The position numbers and the translations under genes are program-made. A stretch of 44,556 nt of DNA, from the IMG/VR virus record IMGVR_UViG_3300048861_000082, positions 1 through 44,556 of that record. One strand, 5' to 3'. Below, piece after piece: positions 1 through 8,296 of this stretch. This DNA comes from a virus (lineage: Duplodnaviria; Caudoviricetes). The first letter of the stretch is position 1. Every line of letters begins with the position of its first letter. Below the pieces are notes generated by a model. The model saw only the letters and a list, made by a program, of their open reading frames with translations. It had not been told where the DNA came from and ran no database searches.

Positions 1-13
1 CAAACGGCATAGA

Positions 14-29
14 CTGTACATCCATACAG
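14..29 (+). promoter_or_regulatory. LexA (SOS) box
   Basis: CTGT-acatccat-ACAG matches the beta/gamma-proteobacterial CTGT-N8-ACAG consensus, 15 nt upstream of the ORF at 45. Confidence 0.8.
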
Positions 30-44
30 TACTTTGAGTTTGCC

Positions 45-443
45 GTGACCCTTCCGCCCTTCGCTCCTCCAACGCTCACTGAACTGCGCGAGTGGTATCG
101 GCTGCACGGAGAAAATGAGGATCTGAAGCGCCTGATACTTGAAGTCCAGCACTCTCGCGAGCTGCTCGCGCATCTGCATTGGCTGCTTCAGAAAGCGACG
201 CGCGTTGCAGAGCGGGCCGAGTTCGGACGGCTGACCGGTGAGGACGCGCCGCTGCGCGCCGCTGATACGGCGGTTAGCGCGGAGATGCGCCGAATAGGCC
301 CGATCGGAGGCAAGGGAAAGCCGGAGCACTGGCGGCCGACGCCGCGGTCGGCGGCTGACATCGCGCCGTTCTCAATCGACCCGGACGACCCGGCGGACCG
401 AGCTGCACTCATGATCGCACGCGGGCACAAGCGGCGGCGATGA
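45..443 (+). CDS. Hypothetical protein, probably SOS-inducible
   Basis: 132-aa ORF with GTG start directly downstream of a LexA box. Confidence 0.65.
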   Translation: MTLPPFAPPTLTELREWYRLHGENEDLKRLILEVQHSRELLAHLHWLLQKATRVAERAEFGRLTGEDAPLRAADTAVSAEMRRIGPIGGKGKPEHWRPTPRSAADIAPFSIDPDDPADRAALMIARGHKRRR

Positions 444-495
444 CATGCCGCACACAAGGCTAACCCATAGAAAACAAAAATGTTTAAAAAAGCCC

Positions 496-530
496 TTGCG
501 TGTTTAAACATTAGTGTTTAACATAAACAC
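496..530 (+). promoter_or_regulatory. hicAB sigma70 promoter with overlapping palindromic operators
   Basis: TTGCGT(496-501)-17 nt-TAACAT(519-524); palindrome TGTTTAAACA (501-510) and inverted repeat GTGTTTA-aca-TAAACAC (514-530). Confidence 0.7.
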
Positions 531-553
531 ATGTTCAACAACACGGAGGGGCG

Positions 554-730
554 GTGAAGCAGAGTGAGTTTAGAAGGTGGTTGGCCTCGCAAGGGGCGAC
601 GTTCAAGGAAGGCGCAGGGCACACGAAGGTCTACTTGAACGGAAACCAAACCACTCTTCCTCGGCATCCGAGTCACGAAATTGGCGAAGGGTTGAGGAAG
701 AAAATACTAAAAGAACTCGGTCTCAAATGA
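554..730 (+). CDS. hicA: HicA family mRNA interferase toxin
   Basis: Not in ORF track; GTG start after GGAGG; MKQSEFRRWLASQGATFKEGAGHTKVYLNGNQTTLPRHPSHEIGEGLRKKILKELGLK closely resembles HicA (GxH and PRHP motifs). Confidence 0.93.
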   Translation: MKQSEFRRWLASQGATFKEGAGHTKVYLNGNQTTLPRHPSHEIGEGLRKKILKELGLK

Positions 731-787
731 GGGTGGCCCCGAAAGGGGCTTTCCCAGCACCGTTTCTCAAAAGCATTGGAGTGAAAT

Positions 788-1204
788 ATGTTGCGTTATC
801 CAGCGTTAATTGAACCTGATACGACTGGCTTTATGGTTTCGTTTCGAGACATTCCCGAAGCCCTCACTGGTGGTGCGACGCTCGCCGAGGCCCGCGCCAT
901 GGCTGCCGATGCATTGTTCACGGCCATGGACTTTTACTTCGAGGACAAGCGTCCGGTTCCGGCGCCGTCGAAGGCGAAGAAGGGCGAAGAGCTGATCGCA
1001 TTACCGGCGAGCGTCTCGGCGAAGATCCTGTTGCTCAACGAGATGATCGCGCAAGGCGTCACGGCGTCGGAATTGGCGCGCCGGCTTGGCACGAGCCCGC
1101 AAGTCGTCAACCGCATTGTCGACATCAAGCACGTAACGAAGATCGACACAATTGCAGGGGCCGTGGAGGCCTTGGGAAAGCGATTTGAGATCGGGGTTGT
1201 CTGA
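788..1204 (+). CDS. hicB: HicB family antitoxin with C-terminal HTH
   Basis: YPA...GFMVSFRDIPEALTGG..AEARAMAADAL N-terminus, PxPS linker, HTH (ELARRLGTSPQVVNRIVD). Confidence 0.93.
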   Translation: MLRYPALIEPDTTGFMVSFRDIPEALTGGATLAEARAMAADALFTAMDFYFEDKRPVPAPSKAKKGEELIALPASVSAKILLLNEMIAQGVTASELARRLGTSPQVVNRIVDIKHVTKIDTIAGAVEALGKRFEIGVV

Positions 1205-1258
1205 CGCGCCTTAGAATGCGGACTGATTGATGTGCGCTTAGGCGCGGGAGACGAAAAT

Positions 1259-1654
1259 ATGCGAGTCGCTGAACTTGAAGGTGCATTGCTGGACTACTGG
1301 GTCGGTAAAGCGACCGGCCACGATTCGCTGCGCACAAGCGACCGTCGCACTCAGGCCTTGGACAGGAGCCAAGGCTTCGGAGGCGGCGTATGGGTCGACT
1401 ATTCTCCTTCGACCAATTGGACACAAGGCGGACCGCTCATCGAGGGTGCGCTGATTAGCGTGCTCTACGGCCCCGTCGATTCGCAGGGTGAACTGGGGTA
1501 CTGGTCCGCCTTCGTTCGATCGAGCGACGATGAAAGCATAGATGGGCCGACATATCTAGTTGCCGCGATGCGCGCGTATGTCGCATCGAAGTTCGGTAAG
1601 ACTGTCGGCGAGATTCCGCCGGCCGATCGAGCACCGCTTGGAATGATGAGCTGA
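1259..1654 (+). CDS. Phage protein, DUF2591/NinX-like
   Basis: MRVAELEGALLDYWV...YSPSTNWTQGGPLIE...GPTYLVAAMRAYVASKFG pattern. Confidence 0.7.
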   Translation: MRVAELEGALLDYWVGKATGHDSLRTSDRRTQALDRSQGFGGGVWVDYSPSTNWTQGGPLIEGALISVLYGPVDSQGELGYWSAFVRSSDDESIDGPTYLVAAMRAYVASKFGKTVGEIPPADRAPLGMMS

Positions 1655-1736
1655 TAGATGCACCCCAGCGACCACGTGCATTCCGGAAAATTAACGATGA
1701 GTCGAAAGGGCGCACGATGCACAACGCCTTTTCGCT

Positions 1737-2165
1737 TTACAGACTCACTGGAGTCGGCTGCGCAACCGCAGCGGCTCTGGCAGGCTTTGTCGACGTCGCC
1801 GCCCCACCCCAATATAGCCAGCCGAACGCACGAACGCCGGCCCACATCAACTGCCGGCGCCAGTCCGGCACAGCCGTGACGTCCGACGCTTCGCGCAGGA
1901 CCGCATCTGCCACCGCACGCGGCACGATGTGCGTGCTGTACAGGTAGTCGTGGACGGTCGCTGCGTTTGATGCCGTGTCACCGGCCAATTCGTAGACGAT
2001 CGGGATTCGCGGTACCGACGCGAAATTGGTGATGAACCCGGCCGGTACCGTGAATGTCATTCCTGCCACGTCCGATTGATAGACCAGATCGGCCAGCAGC
2101 TCCCACTGGCCGTCATCCTTACCTGAGGCAGGCTTGACCTGCAGAACGGAGAGGAACGCACTCAC
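1737..2165 (-). CDS. DUF1353 domain protein
   Basis: WELLADLVY...TVPAGFITNFASVPR...AATVHDYLY...ADAVLREA motifs; GTG start overlaps upstream stop. Confidence 0.8.
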   Translation of the reverse strand: MSAFLSVLQVKPASGKDDGQWELLADLVYQSDVAGMTFTVPAGFITNFASVPRIPIVYELAGDTASNAATVHDYLYSTHIVPRAVADAVLREASDVTAVPDWRRQLMWAGVRAFGWLYWGGAATSTKPARAAAVAQPTPVSL

Positions 2166-2602
2166 AATGGCGACGCTCCAGACGCAGGCACCGGCGCGGC
2201 CGTGGGTGTACCGTACTGAGCAAGCGCAGCGGAGAGCGCCACCTGGAACGCCATCAAGCCGATCTGAACGCTCGTCCGCATACCCGAATCGATCGGCAGC
2301 AACCCAACCACCTGCACGGCCGCCGGGATCGATGTATTCACGAGGTTCGACACGGTCGAGGGATCGACCGAGGCATTCGCGGCACATAGCGCGGCATTGT
2401 CCCGCACGACCTGGCCGAGAATCACCTGTTGCACCGGATCAGAGACCGTCATTGCCTGCATCGACAGCAGCGTCGGCTGAACGACCGAGCATGCCTTCGC
2501 GACTTGCGTCTGGAAGTCGGCAGCGACGGTGGCCGTGCCGGCGCAGCCAGCGAAAGCGATGGACAGGACAAGGCCTGCCGCAAGCAGCATGAACTTTTTC
2601 AT
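2162..2602 (-). CDS. Lipoprotein in lysis module (spanin candidate)
   Basis: MKKFMLLAAGLVLSIAFAG|C lipobox; hydrophobic C-terminal segment. Confidence 0.65.
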   Translation of the reverse strand: MKKFMLLAAGLVLSIAFAGCAGTATVAADFQTQVAKACSVVQPTLLSMQAMTVSDPVQQVILGQVVRDNAALCAANASVDPSTVSNLVNTSIPAAVQVVGLLPIDSGMRTSVQIGLMAFQVALSAALAQYGTPTAAPVPASGASPL

Positions 2603-2629
2603 TTCAAGGGTTCCTTCGGGTGGGTGAAA

Positions 2630-2833
2630 TCAGAAGCGCCACTTGGCGCCGAGTTTGACTTTCAGGTCCGGAGACTTCGTGACCTGGACGGTCAGATGGG
2701 TTGATGGAGGAATTTCTGCATAGGCGACACAGCAGGAGACGTCCTCCGTCATCGGATTGATGATGGGCAATACCTGAACGTGCTCGACTACCGTGCAGCC
2801 GGATAACAGCACACAGAGCACCGCGCGGATCAT
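2630..2833 (-). CDS. Small lipoprotein-like protein (67 aa)
   Basis: MIRAVLCVLLSG|C lipobox; ATGA overlap with upstream gene; ends in KVKLGAKWRF. Confidence 0.55.
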   Translation of the reverse strand: MIRAVLCVLLSGCTVVEHVQVLPIINPMTEDVSCCVAYAEIPPSTHLTVQVTKSPDLKVKLGAKWRF

Positions 2834-3042
2834 TGCGGCGCCGCGGCCCCCTTCGCGGCAAAGTGCGTGACGATCACGTTGCGTACGGCATGGATGACCG
2901 TGACGGCCGCGGCCGCGACAAGCGCTTGAACTTCTGGCGGCATCACGCCTTTGAAGCCAGTCGCTGCCCATTGCACTGCCGGAACAAGCGACGCGGCAGT
3001 CAGCGTTGCGCCACCGGTGACGAGGCTCGATGTTTGAGTCAC
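2830..3042 (-). CDS. Putative holin (70 aa, two hydrophobic segments)
   Basis: Small hydrophobic protein in the lysis module; GGAG RBS. Confidence 0.5.
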   Translation of the reverse strand: MTQTSSLVTGGATLTAASLVPAVQWAATGFKGVMPPEVQALVAAAAVTVIHAVRNVIVTHFAAKGAAAPQ

Positions 3043-3045
3043 TTG

Positions 3046-3405
3046 TTACTCCTTGTCAGAAAGAGGTCGGCTTTTGAGCTTTCCGAGCCAGATAGCCGCG
3101 TCGAGCAAGACGTCGACGTTGAAGCTGCGGAAATTGCCCAAGTGACCGAACCAGAGATGGCAGTTCACCCCGCTCTTTTTCGATTCGCAGAGCGTCACGA
3201 GATTGGATGGATCGAGCTCGAGATCCGGATGCAAGTGAAACGGGCGGCGATGATGCACTTCGAGCTTTTCAGACCCGCCGCAAACCTCGCAGACTGGATG
3301 CAGCACGAGATGCTGTTTGCGCACCGTAGGCCAATGGCCCGAGCGCGCAGCAGTGATCGGATGCTTGCCTTTCGCAGCATCGACGAGATGTTTGATGATT
3401 GGCAT
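3046..3405 (-). CDS. HNH endonuclease
   Basis: CEVCG...LEVHH...NLVTLC...CH motif. Confidence 0.85.
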   Translation of the reverse strand: MPIIKHLVDAAKGKHPITAARSGHWPTVRKQHLVLHPVCEVCGGSEKLEVHHRRPFHLHPDLELDPSNLVTLCESKKSGVNCHLWFGHLGNFRSFNVDVLLDAAIWLGKLKSRPLSDKE

Positions 3406-3466
3406 GGCCGTAAACGAAAGACGCCGCCCGGAGGCGGCTGTTAAAGCGCGGCAGATCGTTCGCCGT

Positions 3467-4039
3467 TTAATTGATCCCGAGCGCAGCCTTTGCAGCGCCA
3501 TACAGCGCGAGGCGCTCCGCCCACCCGTTTGGCGTTGCCTTCGACATCGCGCTGCCGACATTCACCGCGCGCGATACGCCGAGAAAATTTCCATCCAAAG
3601 CGAGCACACCGAGTTTGCGATTGGCCCAATACCAGGCGGCCGACATCGCGGCGTTAGCCGGCTGCTCGAGCAACTCCGGATGATTCAAAAGATCAAGGCC
3701 AAGCCCGAGTGCGGTGAGTGTGTAGTTGCGGCGCCCTGTCGTTTGGATGAGTCCTCGGCCACAAAAAAGCCGGCCATCGCCGGCTTTCGTGTTGCCCAGC
3801 TCACTCGCCTTCCGCGACGGTGGCTCATACGTAAGTTGCGCCTGTGTCGGCCCCCATAGTTCGCGCGTGTAGATCAGATGGCCAGATTCCACACCGACGG
3901 TCGCGAGGAATGCAGCAATGTCGAGCGGCTGAGTAATCTGGAAACGGTCGCATGCCGCCTGGATGTGCTGGGCCCACTGCGCTGCACGCAACTGTGTTGC
4001 ACCGCAGCCCGCGGCGATGATTGATGGTGTCAGGCTCAT
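3467..4039 (-). CDS. Endolysin, glycoside hydrolase family 19
   Basis: AAFLATVGVESG, GDGRLFCGRGLIQTTGRRNY, PELLEQP..AAMSAAWYW motifs. Confidence 0.92.
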   Translation of the reverse strand: MSLTPSIIAAGCGATQLRAAQWAQHIQAACDRFQITQPLDIAAFLATVGVESGHLIYTRELWGPTQAQLTYEPPSRKASELGNTKAGDGRLFCGRGLIQTTGRRNYTLTALGLGLDLLNHPELLEQPANAAMSAAWYWANRKLGVLALDGNFLGVSRAVNVGSAMSKATPNGWAERLALYGAAKAALGIN

Positions 4040-4395
4040 ATCACCGCCATCAGAAATTTAAAGCAGTCGGCCAACCAACCCGGGAACCGATGGAACTGTG
4101 TGTAGAACCAGAACCCATAGAGTGCGAGAAGCGGCAGTCCGATCGGCATGAACACCTGCTTGAGAAAGAAGCGCCATGCGGCCGCAAGGCGGCACATCAG
4201 CCGCGCCCCCGCCGCCACATCGCCCAAGATGCTGCGGATAAACGCCGTGTCTTCCGCAACCTGATCGGCGGTCGCCTCGACCTTGCGCGTGACCGCAGTG
4301 TTCTCCGCGATGGCGGCGTCATGGACGACCAGATATTCAACGACGTGAGCGCGGAACTCATCATCCGGAAGGCTGAGCATGTCTTTGGCTTCCAT
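4036..4395 (-). CDS. Membrane protein upstream of endolysin (holin/antiholin candidate)
   Basis: Coiled-coil-like N-terminus and one C-terminal TM segment (VFMPIGLPLLALYGFWFY); ATGA-coupled to the endolysin. Confidence 0.55.
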   Translation of the reverse strand: MEAKDMLSLPDDEFRAHVVEYLVVHDAAIAENTAVTRKVEATADQVAEDTAFIRSILGDVAAGARLMCRLAAAWRFFLKQVFMPIGLPLLALYGFWFYTQFHRFPGWLADCFKFLMAVI

Positions 4396-4409
4396 GGATC
4401 CCCGGAAAT

Positions 4410-4432
4410 AAAAAAGCCGCTCCTGGCGGCTG
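4410..4432 (-). terminator. Intrinsic terminator-like hairpin
   Basis: AGCCGC-tcctg-GCGGCT with A-run on the left (U-tract on minus strand). Confidence 0.55.
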
Positions 4433-4455
4433 TTGGTCGAATCGTTTTTGGGTGC

Positions 4456-4483
4456 TTGACAATCACCCTAGGGGTGATATTCT
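4456..4483 (+). promoter_or_regulatory. Moron promoter with palindromic operator
   Basis: TTGACA (4456-4461), inverted repeat ATCACCC-tag-GGGTGAT (4462-4478), TATTCT -10-like hexamer. Confidence 0.7.
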
Positions 4484-4586
4484 TCGTTTCACAGGGCTAA
4501 GCAATTCGCGGTGCCCGATACTCCGAAAGGAACTACCATGCGACTCACTTTTCGCGCATTCGCGCGCCCCACTGGAACGGCCGCCC

Positions 4587-4880
4587 ATGCACTACGAGGC
4601 ACCCCCGCAGGAAGGGCTTCGGCTCCTCAGAGAGCAACTGTCCTTTACGAACACTCAGATGGCTCGCATGTTCGGCGTGGCAACAGGCCGGCAATTCCAC
4701 AAGTACCTTTCGGACGAGGACAAACGCGAGATGGGATTTCATGTCCTGATGTATGGCATGGCCAACTGGCAACTCATGTACGGACCGATCAACAGTGTCG
4801 AGCAGCTTCATGCGCGCGGCCGGGAGATTGGGGCCATCATCGAGTTGGCGGATGGGGATCTGACGCGGCCACAAGCATGA
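4587..4880 (+). CDS. XRE/KorC-like HTH transcriptional regulator (moron, antisense to late operon)
   Basis: LRLLREQLSFTNTQMARMFGVATGRQFHKY helix-turn-helix pattern. Confidence 0.65.
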   Translation: MHYEAPPQEGLRLLREQLSFTNTQMARMFGVATGRQFHKYLSDEDKREMGFHVLMYGMANWQLMYGPINSVEQLHARGREIGAIIELADGDLTRPQA

Positions 4881-4893
4881 CGCCCCGCCCAAC

Positions 4894-5454
4894 TCAGGAC
4901 CAGTCGATACCCTGGACTCCAGCCACGGTCGTCGCGGCACGCACTGCAGCCTTCAGATTTTGCAGCTTCGTGAACGCAGCATTACCCTGCGCCAACATGG
5001 CTGCGTACAGACCCTTCAGATCAGCGAGCGTGAACGAGACCTGCGCATTGTCACTGGCGACCCAGTAAAACCCTTCTGGAGTTGTGCCGGCGAGGTTGTA
5101 TCCAGTCGTGGCCACCAGGAGCACATTCTGGCTCCCGCTATCCGCTTGGAAAGTCTGGCTAACGCCTCCTTCCGTTGTGAACGCGACGGGTTGCTGAATC
5201 TCTGCTTGATATGCAGTGGTCAGTGCAGCGATTTGAGTCGATTGTGCGGCAGCTAGGACCTGTTCGTCTGTCGGTGATGGAGGCGGAACAAGCACTCCGT
5301 TCAAGATCGTATAGCCAGGACTCGCAAGGCATGCTTGCCACTGTTCATCCGTTATCTTGATCGCGGCGACGCCCTGCGGAACGGGGCTGTCAACAGCATC
5401 GTAGAGAGCGAGGCCCGTTCCACCGGCATCATATGCTGCGTATTTTTGGTTCAT
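4894..5454 (-). CDS. Tail fibre assembly-like protein, DUF4376
   Basis: ITDEQWQACL..P N-terminus; FQADSGSQ...WVASDN..VSFT..DL...AVRAATTVAGVQGIDW C-terminus. Confidence 0.75.
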   Translation of the reverse strand: MNQKYAAYDAGGTGLALYDAVDSPVPQGVAAIKITDEQWQACLASPGYTILNGVLVPPPSPTDEQVLAAAQSTQIAALTTAYQAEIQQPVAFTTEGGVSQTFQADSGSQNVLLVATTGYNLAGTTPEGFYWVASDNAQVSFTLADLKGLYAAMLAQGNAAFTKLQNLKAAVRAATTVAGVQGIDWS

Positions 5455-5456
5455 GT

Positions 5457-6011
5457 TTAGTACCCGATGACGATCCAGCCACACAGGATTATGGAATGCG
5501 CAACGATCGACCCGACCGAGACGTTGAAGGGAGACGTGTACAAATTGATCTGGTTGAGCCCATTGGAATTAACGCCACAGGGACTACACACTGAACCTGT
5601 ATCGCTCGCCACTCCGCCGAGATAGCCAGTCGGCCATGAGACGGGTAAAACTTGCACTGCCGAGTTGATGCCAGATGCCAAGGATGTGGTGCCCCACTGA
5701 ACAATGAGGTTCTTTTCGACTCCGGCCAGTACCACAGGGACCTTTACATAGCTAGTGGTACCTGTGATTTGTCCTGCAAACAGCGATTGCAGCGCGGTAA
5801 GCACCTGGTTATATGCGGTTTTGCTGGGTGCCAAGCCGCCTGCGACCACGATCGCACGCAGCTCCTCCTGGATCATGTTCAGCCACGAGCCGCGCACGTT
5901 CGTTGCAGGCGTACCTGCGACTGGATTGCCTTCGGTGAAAAACCCTTCGGACCCTGCGGCCTCAGGGATCGGAAGCGACGTCGCAGCAGTCGCGTCATCT
6001 ATGCGAAACAT
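5457..6011 (-). CDS. Short tail fibre protein (Mu gp49-like N-terminus, gp53-like C-terminus)
   Basis: MFRID..TA...GFFTEGNP..GTPATNVRGSWLNMIQEEL anchor; LIVQWG and WIVIGY motifs. Confidence 0.8.
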   Translation of the reverse strand: MFRIDDATAATSLPIPEAAGSEGFFTEGNPVAGTPATNVRGSWLNMIQEELRAIVVAGGLAPSKTAYNQVLTALQSLFAGQITGTTSYVKVPVVLAGVEKNLIVQWGTTSLASGINSAVQVLPVSWPTGYLGGVASDTGSVCSPCGVNSNGLNQINLYTSPFNVSVGSIVAHSIILCGWIVIGY

Positions 6012-6181
6012 ATGGCCTCATTTGCGCTGTTATGGCGCTCAGAAAAAAATCCCATATTTAGGGGCTCAGAAATGGAAAAGCCGCTCTGTAAGCGGCTGAA
6101 AATATCAAAGACAGATTCCGTAGTGCATAATCCGCCCTTCGACAGTAAAGGCGGTCACTCCAACAAATAGGGAACAACCAA

Positions 6182-6424
6182 ATGGCGAACGAAACCATCG
6201 AAGGCGTTGTCGACAACTACGGCGCGAAGCATATGAACGATGCGAATCCCGCGCATGTCAGCGTGTGGGATTGCGACGGAAATGTCCTTTTCACGCTTCC
6301 CGCCGGATCCACAGCAGAACACGTCAACTGCGCGATTCAGATTCACGAGCAGAGCTATCGCGCCGGTCTGAAGTTTGGCGCGGCAGATGCCCGGCACCAA
6401 ATTCGCAAAGCGCTGGGACTGTAA
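6182..6424 (+). CDS. Hypothetical protein (moron inside tail module)
   Basis: 80-aa ORF with AGGGA RBS, opposite strand, fills the gap between tailspike and tail fibre. Confidence 0.6.
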   Translation: MANETIEGVVDNYGAKHMNDANPAHVSVWDCDGNVLFTLPAGSTAEHVNCAIQIHEQSYRAGLKFGAADARHQIRKALGL

Positions 6425-6434
6425 CGATCAATCG

Positions 6435-8234
6435 CTATAGGCTCCCCGACCCGGCCGTCTTCCAGTTGCTGCCATCAAACATAATGTTCTGGTAGGTTCC
6501 GGCCGTGGTCAACTGCGCGATCGTAGCTCCCGTGTCAACGTCCACAATCAAGATGCTGAATGCGCCCATCGCCGCGGCCAGCCGCTGAAATACAAACGGC
6601 TTTTGGAAGTCGGAGATGTTCGACTTAGGCGGCAACTGATATGTAATGTTGGCCGTCAAAGGCGTTGCAAACATTTGCAGCAGTGGATCGGCATAGCCCA
6701 TCGCATACGTTGCGCCGCTCGCAACCGTTGAATATTTATGGCTTACAAGCGGCACATAACTGTACCCGCCGGTATATGGCGCTGCAGCGCCCTTGGTAAG
6801 CAGGTGTTGCCCTTCGAGATATACCTTGTTGTTATGCCAAAATGCGGCTTTTGAATAGACCGTGCTCGGGTTAGGACTGGTTGGAGCAACGTCAGAAATA
6901 ATCGGCGTTGGGTGCAGCCATCCCGTTCCGCCGTCCGTCACGGTAATATTCGGGCCTAGGAAATGCAAATAGGTATTCTTGAACTGGCAGGCGGCATCCA
7001 ATGCGTACACAATTCTGAACGTTTGCGCATTCGCAATTGCAAGCGGCGCAAAAAAATAGCAGGCTGCAAACGTCGCCGCTAGAGAGATCGAGCCGCCGCT
7101 GATATAGCACGAAGGCATTGATGCATTGGTACCATCTACATCAAACTGACAGCCGATAAACTGTGTCGTGTTGCATGCACCCCATACCGTCACACCGAGA
7201 TCAGTCTGAGGCACGACGAAATTCCAACAGTGCAGGTTTTTGATTGTCCATGCAGCAGGAATATCGTGTTTGACGTTAGCTAGCGCATTATCAATGCCGT
7301 AACAATTCTCGATAATTCCGTCAGCGTTATTGCTAAGTGACGGCACATATATGTGAAGTCCCGAGCCCCCATTTGAATACCAATTGCATCCGCTCCATCT
7401 GTTGTTATTCAAGGTAGATGAAACTGTTGTCCCATTGCGAGTTGAGCCAACCTGCATGTGCCCATCCCCCGCCGCGTTGAACACGTTCACCCGCTCATAT
7501 ACCGAGTTCCAGTGCTGCGTAATAAGGCCGGCAACAGTCGCGAAGCCGTTCAAGTCTATGTTCAGATCGCTGATACGGATTGGCGAATTGACACCATTCG
7601 TATTTGTGAGCCATTTCACCGATGCAATGCCGTAAGCTGCATCGGAACCAGCTGCGATCTTCTTCAATGTGGCGCTTTGGCCGTCAATCACCATCGCAAA
7701 ACCGCGCACACCGTTAGCCCCTACAGCCGTATATGGCGTAGGACTGGGAAGCGTAAGATTCGTGAAGCCATAGACAGACCCTGGAACGCAAGTGAGTTGA
7801 CGGCCGCCATTCGCCGCGTTAAGCCATGCCTGCAACGCCGCGGTGTCATCTGTTACTCCGTCGCCAACTGCTCCAAAATCATGCGGTGTGATCGCGATGT
7901 CGAGAAGTTTGCCGACGATGCTGCGTTTTACGGCGCCCGCTGCCGTCAACATGAGGAGCGTGAAGATCGACAGCGCGAACTCCGCGACAGAGTTCCACAC
8001 TGTCTGCAATAGACCGGCACCGCGGCTTACAGAAACGGTCTCGGAACCGGTCAGGGGACCGGCGTCCGGCGCACTACCGTTTGCGAGGGGAGCCTGCACA
8101 TACGTCGCAAGTTGAGCGGCGGTCGCGGCTTTCTCGATTCCTGCGCGAGCGCCTCCTTGCGCTATGAAAATCTGGTCGTCGTCGGAGATCGGCGCCGCGG
8201 GATCGAAGTTGGTAAGTTGCTTTCCGGTGGCCAT
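6435..8234 (-). CDS. Tailspike / putative polysaccharide depolymerase (pectate-lyase-like beta-helix)
   Basis: DFGAVGDGVTDDTAALQAWLNA motif followed by N/G-rich beta-helix-like repeats; visibly lower GC. Confidence 0.8.
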   Translation of the reverse strand: MATGKQLTNFDPAAPISDDDQIFIAQGGARAGIEKAATAAQLATYVQAPLANGSAPDAGPLTGSETVSVSRGAGLLQTVWNSVAEFALSIFTLLMLTAAGAVKRSIVGKLLDIAITPHDFGAVGDGVTDDTAALQAWLNAANGGRQLTCVPGSVYGFTNLTLPSPTPYTAVGANGVRGFAMVIDGQSATLKKIAAGSDAAYGIASVKWLTNTNGVNSPIRISDLNIDLNGFATVAGLITQHWNSVYERVNVFNAAGDGHMQVGSTRNGTTVSSTLNNNRWSGCNWYSNGGSGLHIYVPSLSNNADGIIENCYGIDNALANVKHDIPAAWTIKNLHCWNFVVPQTDLGVTVWGACNTTQFIGCQFDVDGTNASMPSCYISGGSISLAATFAACYFFAPLAIANAQTFRIVYALDAACQFKNTYLHFLGPNITVTDGGTGWLHPTPIISDVAPTSPNPSTVYSKAAFWHNNKVYLEGQHLLTKGAAAPYTGGYSYVPLVSHKYSTVASGATYAMGYADPLLQMFATPLTANITYQLPPKSNISDFQKPFVFQRLAAAMGAFSILIVDVDTGATIAQLTTAGTYQNIMFDGSNWKTAGSGSL

Positions 8235-8247
8235 AGATCGCGTAGAT

Positions 8248-8275
8248 AAAAAAAGCCGCCCACTAGGCGGCTTTA
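8248..8275 (-). terminator. Intrinsic terminator
   Basis: AAAAAAAGCCGCC-cacta-GGCGGCTTT, possibly bidirectional. Confidence 0.7.
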
Positions 8276-8296
8276 AAGGTTGACTTGCGCAGTACG

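Noticed and set aside
577-813. 78-aa ORF from the track
   Set aside because: Out-of-frame overlap of the real hicA at 554-730
5457-8234. Tail fibre or tailspike as DGR target
   Set aside because: No TR-like sequence or AW...RARAVR motif found by eye at either C-terminus; a BLASTN of the TR would confirm
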